Below, one piece after another: positions 9,316-16,598 of a stretch of DNA of 24,000 bases. Numbering within the stretch: position 1 is the stretch's first letter; the number at the start of each line of letters is the position of its first letter. The notes below the pieces were generated by a model. That model worked only from the letters and a program-made list of their open reading frames with translations. It was not told where the DNA came from and ran no database searches. The stretch is from an uncultured Granulosicoccaceae bacterium (GTDB lineage: Bacteria > Pseudomonadota > Gammaproteobacteria > Granulosicoccales > Granulosicoccaceae), in the NCBI GenBank assembly GCA_937920585.1, contig CAKZSB010000026.1, forward strand, positions 22,984 to 46,983. Direction: 5' to 3'. Made by a program: the position numbers and the translations under genes.

Positions 9316-10608
9316 TCAGCCTTTGTCGGCTTGCGGACGCCGGCGCCGGCGACGCGCTGCAGGACGCGATTGCTTGCGCGCCGCTTCAATGATTGCCTGC
9401 GACTCCGGACTCTCCTGCAATTCCTCCCAGCGCTTGCAGATCGACTCGAGATCCTCGCCGGCATCATTGCGCAAACACAAAAAATCATACGCTGCCCGAA
9501 AGCGTGGATTACTCAGCAAGCTGGCAGCGCGCTTGCCACGTGCCTTGAGCAAGCGTGGCTGCAAGGCCCAGATCTCGCGCATAGGCACGGAATACCGACG
9601 CGGCAGTGACGTGGCGCTAAGTTGTGTCGGGATGATTTCATCGGCGGCAAGATGCAGAGCTGCGATACTGGCTTCACCCGCTGCTTCGTGCCGCGCAGCA
9701 TGTTCTACGACATCGGGCCACAGCAGCACTGCATAAATAAACGCAGGCGTTACGGGCTGCTCTTCGCGAATTCGTTTGTCGGTGTTGCGAAGCGCCAGTT
9801 CCGCCAGTGCGTGAGCATAGCCATCACCTGCGTCAAGCCGCACGGCCGTCAGTGGAAAAAGAAATTGTAATAGATCCAGTTCGCGCAACATGGCAAAGCT
9901 ATCCTGCCCGTCACCCGACTGCAGTAACTTGAGCACCTCTTCGAACAAGCGAGCCGGCGGAATCTCCTTCAACAGGTGTCGATGCTCATCGATCGCCTCA
10001 CGAACACTATCGTCGATGGCAAAGTCTAGTTTGGCAGCAAAACGCACCGCGCGCAGAGCCCGCACAGGATCTTCGACCACACGCTCCGATGCATTGCCGA
10101 TAAATCGCAACAGGCGATTCTCGATATCAGCGCGGCCTTCATAAAAATCGACGACTGAGAAATCCGCGATGTTGTAGTACATCGCATTGACGGTGAAATC
10201 GCGTCGCACGGCATCCTCGGCCAGTGATCCGCCGAAAACGTTATCCCGCACGATGCGCCCGCTCTCGCCAGTGGCTCCGCCATCGCCATCCGAGTGATCG
10301 GCGCGAAAGGTGGCCACCTCGATAATTTCTCGCCCGAATACAACGTGGGCGAGCCTGAAGCGTCGCCCGATCAGCCGACAGTTGCGGAACAACTCTTTGA
10401 CTTCTTCCGGACTGGCGTCGGTTGCGATATCAAAATCTTTCGGGTGCCGCTCAAGCAGTAAATCGCGGACACCTCCGCCCACAAGATAGCTGGCAAAGCC
10501 CGCTTCGTTGAGCCGATAAAGCACCTTTAGCGCGTTGCTACTGATCGATTTTCGCGACACACAGTGGTCGCTACGCGGTATGACAATGGGTTCTGGTAAA
10601 TTGCTCAA
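9316..10608 (-). CDS. pcnB: Poly(A) polymerase I
   Basis: 'GFASYLVGGGVRDLLLERHPKDFDIATDASPEEVKELFRNCRLIGRRFRLAHV', 'RRDFTVNAMYY', 'FIGNASERVVEDPVRALRAVRFAAKL', plus a basic Arg-rich C-terminus typical of PcnB. Confidence 0.95.
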   Translation of the reverse strand: MSNLPEPIVIPRSDHCVSRKSISSNALKVLYRLNEAGFASYLVGGGVRDLLLERHPKDFDIATDASPEEVKELFRNCRLIGRRFRLAHVVFGREIIEVATFRADHSDGDGGATGESGRIVRDNVFGGSLAEDAVRRDFTVNAMYYNIADFSVVDFYEGRADIENRLLRFIGNASERVVEDPVRALRAVRFAAKLDFAIDDSVREAIDEHRHLLKEIPPARLFEEVLKLLQSGDGQDSFAMLRELDLLQFLFPLTAVRLDAGDGYAHALAELALRNTDKRIREEQPVTPAFIYAVLLWPDVVEHAARHEAAGEASIAALHLAADEIIPTQLSATSLPRRYSVPMREIWALQPRLLKARGKRAASLLSNPRFRAAYDFLCLRNDAGEDLESICKRWEELQESPESQAIIEAARKQSRPAARRRRRRPQADKG

Positions 10609-10729
10609 TGAACTAGTCTGAACCTGTGCCTTGCGAGATCTCGATGAGAGGGAACTGCCATTCGAAACCGACGCCCGCCCGCCCGCGTAGGTATGGTTGG
10701 CACTCTGTCGACAGGCGCTGCTGCACGAA

Positions 10730-11074
<345 letters not shown>

Positions 11075-11103
11075 CTACCGTGGCGCCAATTTGGCTCGCC
11101 CTG

Positions 11104-12309
11104 TTATCTGGCTGTGTCAAGTGCTGACGTTGATGATACTTTGTGAATGGACAAATCTGCACCTCGGTACTCGGCTTCTTCGTCGAGCCGGATTCCGACT
11201 GTAAGCTTCAACACGCCGTAGACGCCAAAGCCCGTCAACAACGCGATCGTAATGCCGGCTACTGTACCGATTAGCTGAGACAAAAGCGTAACGCCGCCAA
11301 TCCCGCCCAGCGCCTCGGTGCCGAAGATGCCGGCCGCAATTCCGCCCCAGGCACCACACACGCCGTGCAATGGCCAAACGCCCAGCACGTCATCGACCCG
11401 GAGGCGATTCTGCGCAAGCATAAACAACCACACAAACAGCACACCAGCCACTGCACCGACGATCAGGGAGCCAATAGGGTGCATGATATCGGATCCGGCA
11501 CACACTGCCACCAGACCGGCCAGCGGCCCGTTGTGAACAAAACCTGGATCATTTTTACCGGCGATGAGTGCCGCAAGCAGGCCGCCCACCATCGCCATCA
11601 GCGAATTCATTGCCACCAGTCCGCTGATGCCGCCCACTTCCTGCGCCGACATGACATTGAATCCAAACCAGCCGACGGTCAGGATCCAGGCACCGAGCGC
11701 CAAAAACGGAATACTGGAAGGCGGATGCGCCAGCACTACGTTTGAATCCGAAGAGTACCGGCCTTTGCGCACGCCGAGCAATATTACCGCGCCCAGTGCA
11801 ATCCAGCCACCGAAGGCATGCACGACCACGGATCCAGCGAAGTCATGGAAGGGCGCACCGCCGATTCGTTCAACGATGTCCTGAAACCCCGCATTGCCAT
11901 TCCAGACCAGCCCCTCGAAAAACGGGTACGCGAAGGCGACGATGATCAACGAGGCGAACAACTGCGGATAGAATCGCGCGCGCTCGGCAATTCCACCGGA
12001 AATTATCGCTGGAATCGCGGCGGCAAACGTCAGCAGAAAGAAAAATTTAACCAGTTCATAGCCATTAGACTCGGCTAGTTCAGACGCTGGCCGGAAGAAG
12101 TCGACCCCGTAGGCAATTGAGTAGCCGACGAAAAAGTAAGCCAGCGCAGACGCACCGAAATCACTGAAAATTTTGACCAGCGCGTTGACCTGGTTTTTTT
12201 CCCTGACAGTTCCCACTTCGAGAAAAGCAAAACCTGCGTGCATCCAAAGCACCAGAATGGCGCCCATCAGCACAAACAGGGTATCGGCGCCCGATTGAAG
12301 ACTTTCCAA
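11104..12309 (-). CDS. amtB: Amt-family ammonium transporter
   Basis: Polytopic protein with 'FHDFAGSVVVHAFGGWIALGAVILLG' and 'WPLHGVCGAWGGIAAGIFG', the twin-His regions of Amt/AmtB. Confidence 0.95.
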   Translation of the reverse strand: MESLQSGADTLFVLMGAILVLWMHAGFAFLEVGTVREKNQVNALVKIFSDFGASALAYFFVGYSIAYGVDFFRPASELAESNGYELVKFFFLLTFAAAIPAIISGGIAERARFYPQLFASLIIVAFAYPFFEGLVWNGNAGFQDIVERIGGAPFHDFAGSVVVHAFGGWIALGAVILLGVRKGRYSSDSNVVLAHPPSSIPFLALGAWILTVGWFGFNVMSAQEVGGISGLVAMNSLMAMVGGLLAALIAGKNDPGFVHNGPLAGLVAVCAGSDIMHPIGSLIVGAVAGVLFVWLFMLAQNRLRVDDVLGVWPLHGVCGAWGGIAAGIFGTEALGGIGGVTLLSQLIGTVAGITIALLTGFGVYGVLKLTVGIRLDEEAEYRGADLSIHKVSSTSALDTAR

Positions 12310-12450
12310 AGTGATTGTCCGCCAACGTAAAACCGCAATTGTAAAGTATTCAGCCAGGCGTGGCAGCTTTGGCTAGTGTCGATCCATACACAGCCCGAAA
12401 AAAGAATGGCTCGGGCAGACTGGATTCAACGTCAGCCGGGCAGACGAACC

Positions 12451-12867
12451 TCAGGCTTCGCCGCCGTCGCGCCCCTTGATCTTTTGCAATAGTCGCCGGT
12501 CGCGCTTGCTGGGCCGACCTGCGAGTTGCTCGCCACGGCTGAGCAGGCGATCGGTCTTGAGCTTACTGGCCAACTCCTCACGTTTGGCGATGCTCTCGGG
12601 TGATTCGGTGTACAGCGTGCGAGCCACCGGGGCTGGTCCGCGACGACTGCTCAGCGCCTCTATTTGAACCACGAACTCAAAAGGGCCCTTGGTAATCTCC
12701 AGAGTCTGTCCAATGCTGATATTGCGCGACGGCTTTACCCGCGCGCCATCGACATGAACGCGCCCGCCGCTGACGGCTTCGGTCGCCAGTCCGCGAGTCT
12801 TGAAAAAACGCGCCGCCCAGAGCCATTTATCGAGCCTAACCCGAGCTTCACCTGCCTCGTCAGTCAT
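12451..12867 (-). CDS. hslR: RNA-binding S4-domain heat shock protein Hsp15
   Basis: 'VRLDKWLWAARFFKTRGLATEAVSGGRVHVDGARVKPSRNISIGQTLEI' is a canonical S4/Hsp15 N-terminus; C-terminus 'GRPSKRDRRLLQKIKG'. Confidence 0.92.
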   Translation of the reverse strand: MTDEAGEARVRLDKWLWAARFFKTRGLATEAVSGGRVHVDGARVKPSRNISIGQTLEITKGPFEFVVQIEALSSRRGPAPVARTLYTESPESIAKREELASKLKTDRLLSRGEQLAGRPSKRDRRLLQKIKGRDGGEA

Positions 12868-12896
12868 CGGACCCCGTCGGTCGAAGAAATCTCGGT

Positions 12897-13556
12897 TCAG
12901 TATAACCCGCGATACTGCTCCAGCCAGCGCTGCAGTGCCGGATTTTCCATTGCCGGCAGGTCATCGAGCGACGGCAGGTCGGCAGCCGTGTCAATGTCTG
13001 TGCACTCGGCGAGTACTTCATGCTCGATCGAACATCGCTGCATCGCCTGTCGGGTCTTCTCAGCGACGGTAGCTGTGCCCCAGGCAATGTCGTGAAACAG
13101 GCTATGGTGGCTGCGTTGCAGCGCCAGGGCGACATAGCCGCCATCGTTGGCAGGCACCATTACGGCCTGTGCCCCGCGATTGAGCCGAGCATCAATCTGC
13201 GCTACCAGTGCGCAATCTATCTGCGGACAATCGGCACCGATCAGCAATGGTATTTCACCGTTTCGGTGTGCGCTGTCGACCGCTGTTTCCATGCGCTCGC
13301 CTAAATCAGCACCCTGCTGAAGCTGAAATCTGCCGCCACTTATCGCGAGTAAGTGCTGGTAGTGCGGCAGTGTCGGGGATTCCGTGCCCCAAAGTTCAAG
13401 CGCGCAACAGGAGGATAATCGGTTGAACAGATCGTCGAGCATGGCCAGTTGCAACTCGTAGGCAGCGACTTCCCCCAGGCTGGGAATCAGGCGACTTTTC
13501 ACCTGCCCGGGACGTGGATAGCGCGCAAACACCTGGACAACGATTGCACTGCTCAT
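12897..13556 (-). CDS. TIGR04282/DUF2064-type glycosyltransferase (rSAM/selenodomain-associated transferase 1)
   Basis: 'VQVFARYPRPGQVKSRLIPSLGEVAAYELQLAMLDD' and 'LLIGADCPQIDCALVAQIDARL...VPANDGGYVALAL'. It overlaps the next transferase by 4 nt (ATGA). Confidence 0.88.
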   Translation of the reverse strand: MSSAIVVQVFARYPRPGQVKSRLIPSLGEVAAYELQLAMLDDLFNRLSSCCALELWGTESPTLPHYQHLLAISGGRFQLQQGADLGERMETAVDSAHRNGEIPLLIGADCPQIDCALVAQIDARLNRGAQAVMVPANDGGYVALALQRSHHSLFHDIAWGTATVAEKTRQAMQRCSIEHEVLAECTDIDTAADLPSLDDLPAMENPALQRWLEQYRGLY

Positions 13557-14227
13557 TCGGATCTATAGATCGCTGCAAGCCGTACCGGAGAGGCGCCGAA
13601 AAAATACATCAGACGCAGTCGCCACATCAGCAGTATGGTGCGCATCACGCCATGACGCTCCCAGCGACGACTGGATGTCTGAAGTTCATCAGGCAGACAT
13701 ATCGGCGCGCGCTCATTGCGCAAACGCCGGGAAATCTCGATATCTTCCATCAGGGGTTGTTGCGGGTAGCCTTCGATTCGATGAAACAATTCGGCACAGA
13801 CAAAGATCCCCTGATCGCCGGTGGCGATTCCGGTCAAGCGGGATCGAAGGTTCATGCAAAACGCGATCATGCGAAATTTCCAGCCATCGCCGCTCAGACG
13901 AACATTGAATCGCCCCCAGCAACCCGGTGGCAATGCCTGGAGCTTTTCAACTGCCGCGGGCGGGACGAGTGAATCTGCATGGAGAAACCACAAATATTGC
14001 CCACTCGCCGCTTGCGCTCCGGCATTCATCTGTAGCGCCCGTCCGGCCATCGAGGTAACGACAAGCTCATCGACAAGGGGGGTGGCGACTGCCACCGTTT
14101 GATCGCTGCTGCCGCCATCGACAACAATCACTTCGTGCTGGCACCGCCGAGCCGCCTGCAACTGTGCCAACAAAAACTGCAGGCCCGCCGCCTCATTGAG
14201 GGCAGGGACAATGATCGATACCTTCAA
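13553..14227 (-). CDS. TIGR04283-type family 2 glycosyltransferase (rSAM/selenodomain-associated transferase 2)
   Basis: 'MKVSIIVPALNEAAGLQFLLAQLQAA...EVIVVDGGSSDQTVAVA', 'RALQMNAGAQAASGQYLWFLHADSLVP', 'GDQGIFVCAELFHRIEGYPQQPLMEDIEISRRL'. Confidence 0.9.
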   Translation of the reverse strand: MKVSIIVPALNEAAGLQFLLAQLQAARRCQHEVIVVDGGSSDQTVAVATPLVDELVVTSMAGRALQMNAGAQAASGQYLWFLHADSLVPPAAVEKLQALPPGCWGRFNVRLSGDGWKFRMIAFCMNLRSRLTGIATGDQGIFVCAELFHRIEGYPQQPLMEDIEISRRLRNERAPICLPDELQTSSRRWERHGVMRTILLMWRLRLMYFFGASPVRLAAIYRSE

Positions 14228-14251
14228 CGCTTTCTCAAATCCGAGCGAGCG

Positions 14252-15217
14252 CTACTGCGTTAACGCGCCGCCACAACTGGACCCCTGGCCTGCTGTGCAG
14301 CCGTAACAGTGGTCGGCAATAGCGATAGCATCACCGGCAATTGAATCGGCAGTGATATCTCGCAGATGACGACGTTGCAACTTGCCACCGAGTGGCATCG
14401 CCAGCATCTGGTTAAAATCGCAGTCGTAAACGTAGCCATCGTAGTCGACGCTCAGGGTGTTGGTGCACATCACGCTGGCCAGATTTTCCTGCCGGTAGGC
14501 ACTTTTCAACAGGTTCATGTAGGGTTCAAACTGCCCCTTGGAAATCAGCATACTGCCAAAGCGCTGGATCGGGAGATTGGTCAGGGTGAGCAGGTTGTCG
14601 AAAGTGATGCCGAACTGCTCTTGCAGAAATTGCTTGTAGTCGCGTTCAAGCTCCTGTTGTGGCGGTGGCAACACAGCCCCCTGCGGATTGAACACGAGGT
14701 CGAGGCTCAGCTGACTGTCCGCACGCCCGTAACCCAGCGCATTGAGCTTTTGCAAACCGGTGATGCTGGCATCAAACACGCCTTTGCCGCGTTGCCGATC
14801 AACGTTGTCTTCCATGTAACACGGCAATGACGCCACGATATCCACCTCATGCGCGGCCAGGTACTCAGCGAGATCTTCCTGCCCCTCCTCTTCAAGCACG
14901 GTCAGGTTACACCGATCAATAACCCGAATGCCGCGTTTGCGCCCACCCTCTACCAGGGTTCGGAACTGGCTGTTGAGTTCAGGAGCACCGCCGGTCAGAT
15001 CGAGTGTGTGGATATCCGACTGCTCAATAAAAGTGAGCACCTGGGCTGCAGTCTCGGCATCCATCATCTCGGTCCGCTTGGGCCCGGCATTGACATGGCA
15101 GTGTGTGCAGCTTTGATTGCAGTAGTACCCCACGTTAATTTGCAATATCTCGAGCTTGCGCCGTTTGATCGCGGGGAAGTCAGTCTTTTCTAGGAGTGGA
15201 AATGTCGCGTGCACCAA
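14252..15217 (-). CDS. arsS: Radical SAM/Cys-rich domain protein, ArsS-like (arsenosugar biosynthesis radical SAM protein family)
   Basis: CX3CX2C motif 'CNQSCTHC', 'HTLDLTGGAPELN', 'VIDRCNLTVL', 'VASLPCYMEDNVDRQRGKGVFDASI', and the Cys-rich C-terminus 'CYGCTAGQGSSCGG' diagnostic of the radical SAM/selenodomain family. It is adjacent to the two family-associated transferases. Confidence 0.88.
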   Translation of the reverse strand: MVHATFPLLEKTDFPAIKRRKLEILQINVGYYCNQSCTHCHVNAGPKRTEMMDAETAAQVLTFIEQSDIHTLDLTGGAPELNSQFRTLVEGGRKRGIRVIDRCNLTVLEEEGQEDLAEYLAAHEVDIVASLPCYMEDNVDRQRGKGVFDASITGLQKLNALGYGRADSQLSLDLVFNPQGAVLPPPQQELERDYKQFLQEQFGITFDNLLTLTNLPIQRFGSMLISKGQFEPYMNLLKSAYRQENLASVMCTNTLSVDYDGYVYDCDFNQMLAMPLGGKLQRRHLRDITADSIAGDAIAIADHCYGCTAGQGSSCGGALTQ

Positions 15218-15239
15218 GTCGCCTCATCGCTTGTTATCG

Positions 15240-15370
15240 TGGAACCGGCCCAAAGCGAGCAGGCTTGTAAAAAACCGGACCAGTCTCCACCATCGCGGTG
15301 ATGTGACGCTCCAACCCAGCAAACCACGCTGCGAGTATGCCCCAAGCCCGATCGGCTCCGGTTTTTTATT
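15240..15370. ncRNA. Candidate structured RNA / regulatory element in the divergent arsS-like/YcgL intergenic region
   Basis: Perfect 11-nt inverted repeat AAAAAACCGGA (15269-15279) / TCCGGTTTTTT (15357-15367), plus a crossing repeat GGCTTG (15262-15267) / CAAGCC (15343-15348) and local stems (CAGC...GCTG). No family recognised; speculative. Confidence 0.3.
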
Positions 15371-15393
15371 TTGTGATTCAATTGAGACAAGCC

Positions 15394-15654
15394 ATGAACG
15401 TTTTTGTTTACCGCAGCGGCAAAAAAAACACCTGGTATCTTTACATCCTGGAGGAAGGCAATTTCGATCCGGTTCCTGAACAGCTGCTGGGAACACTTAA
15501 CCCGCTTGAACTGGCATTGCAATTTGAACTGCACCCGGGCCGCACACTGGCCAGGGGCAATACCGAGCAGGTGATCGCAGACCTGCAAAGCAAAGGTTAT
15601 CATTTGCAAATCGGCGATCCGCTGATCGCCGATCTGGCAGAGCGAGCCCACTAG
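15394..15654 (+). CDS. ycgL: YcgL-domain protein
   Basis: 'MNVFVYRSGKKNTWYLYILEEGNFDPVPEQLLGTLNPLELALQFELHPGRTLARGNTEQVIADLQSKGYHLQIGDP' matches the layout of the YcgL family. ATG at 15394 is preferred over the ORF-track start at 15337, which is a 19-aa N-terminal extension. Confidence 0.85.
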   Translation: MNVFVYRSGKKNTWYLYILEEGNFDPVPEQLLGTLNPLELALQFELHPGRTLARGNTEQVIADLQSKGYHLQIGDPLIADLAERAH

Positions 15655-15655
15655 A

Positions 15656-15693
15656 GGCCGTTTGCTAAGGTGTTACCTTATTACCAGACGGCC
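15656..15693. terminator. Hairpin between convergent ycgL and cytochrome c genes (possible bidirectional terminator)
   Basis: Outer stem GGCCGTTTG (15656-15664) / CAGACGGCC (15685-15693), with one G-T wobble, enclosing inner stem TAAGGT (15666-15671) / ACCTTA (15675-15680). It lacks a strong adjacent T-tract. Confidence 0.5.
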
Positions 15694-15709
15694 CGCTGGG
15701 GCGGAGGCT

Positions 15710-16054
15710 CTAGCGATTCAGTACGCTCAGGGACGATTCCTGGCTGGAAAAATAGGCGGCGAGATCGCGCATATCCTGATCAGTGAGACTGACCACCTGG
15801 CCTGCCATAATCGCGTTGTTACGCGCGCCGGATTTGTAATCACTCAGGGCGCGCAGCAAATAGCTTTCGTATTGCCCGGCCAGTATCGGATTCATCGCGA
15901 TGGTGCTGTTGCCATCCGCTGCATGGCAGGTGCCGCAAAGCTTCTCTTCGGAAAGCTTTTTGCCGTTAGCCGCGTCACCGCCGGCGTTGGCAGCGCCCGA
16001 TATGGCCAGAACTGCTGCCGCCAAACAGCCGCTGATTGTTAGTCTGTTTATCAT
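15710..16054 (-). CDS. Periplasmic mono-heme c-type cytochrome (class I, c553/c4-like)
   Basis: Signal peptide, heme motif CGTCH ('KLCGTCHAADGNS'), 'PILAGQYESYLLRALSDYKSGARNNAIMAG', 'LAAYFSS'. Confidence 0.9.
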   Translation of the reverse strand: MINRLTISGCLAAAVLAISGAANAGGDAANGKKLSEEKLCGTCHAADGNSTIAMNPILAGQYESYLLRALSDYKSGARNNAIMAGQVVSLTDQDMRDLAAYFSSQESSLSVLNR

Positions 16055-16064
16055 GTTTGCGGCC

Positions 16065-16379
16065 CTATTTTAGAGAAGAGAGATAGGCGGCGATGTCGGC
16101 GATATCGTCGTCGCTCAATGACGCAGCGTTAGCGTGCATAGTGCCGTGTGATCGCTGCTTGTCGCGATAGGCTTTCAACGCCGCAATCAGGTAATCCGCG
16201 TGCTGACCACCGATTTTCGGCACATGGTATGTGGGGTAGGTATTCACATAGAGCGGTATACCGTGGCAACCGAGGCAGGTTTCCGCTTTGACTCGACCCG
16301 CTTCGGGGTCGGCCGCCTGCACAGACTGCATCCCTGTGACAAGACACAAAAAAACGCTCGCTAGCGCCAGTTTTTTCAT
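16065..16379 (-). CDS. Periplasmic mono-heme c-type cytochrome (class I)
   Basis: Signal peptide, heme motif CLGCH, 'VPKIGGQHADYLIAALKAYRDKQRSHGTMHANAASLSDDDIADIAAYLSSLK'. Confidence 0.9.
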   Translation of the reverse strand: MKKLALASVFLCLVTGMQSVQAADPEAGRVKAETCLGCHGIPLYVNTYPTYHVPKIGGQHADYLIAALKAYRDKQRSHGTMHANAASLSDDDIADIAAYLSSLK

Positions 16380-16543
16380 TGAATTTACGCCATTTTCTGG
16401 TTGGTCGGTCTATCGGAGGCCATGCATCCGTTGCAATTCATGCCCCGATTCATCCTTTTGCGGGCCGCACTCCGAACATCTCGTCACGAGAATGATGCCG
16501 CGCATTTTACTGTGCAGTGCGGATTAATCATAGTCACCGCAGC

Positions 16544-16559
16544 GGCGGCTGGTGCCGCC
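16544..16559 (-). terminator. GC-rich hairpin downstream of htpG
   Basis: GGCGGC-TGGT-GCCGCC (16544-16559), 40 bp past the htpG stop. It has no U-tract, so it may be an RNA-end stabilising hairpin rather than a true intrinsic terminator. Confidence 0.35.
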
Positions 16560-16598
16560 ACACATTTCCATCTGTCAAAGTCTGGTCAGATTTTCGGA

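Noticed and set aside
9077-9736. 219-aa + strand ORF opposite pcnB and the kinase start
   Set aside because: Arg/Ala/Ser-rich low-information translation overlapping two confident minus-strand genes.
12393-12416. GCCCGA/TCGGGC inverted repeat between hslR and amt, considered as a terminator
   Set aside because: Only a 6-bp stem with a 12-nt loop and no properly placed T-tract. Too weak to call.
14252-15217. Possible in-frame UGA (selenocysteine) in the Cys-rich C-terminal domain of the ArsS-like protein
   Set aside because: The family can carry Sec, but here the C-terminal motif is all Cys and the gene ends in TAG. There is no sign of recoding.
15190-15651. 153-aa and 90-aa minus-strand ORFs covering the arsS-ycgL intergenic region
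   Set aside because: Mostly antisense to ycgL. The N-terminal part is low-complexity and does not resemble a real protein, whereas YcgL is recognisable on the + strand.
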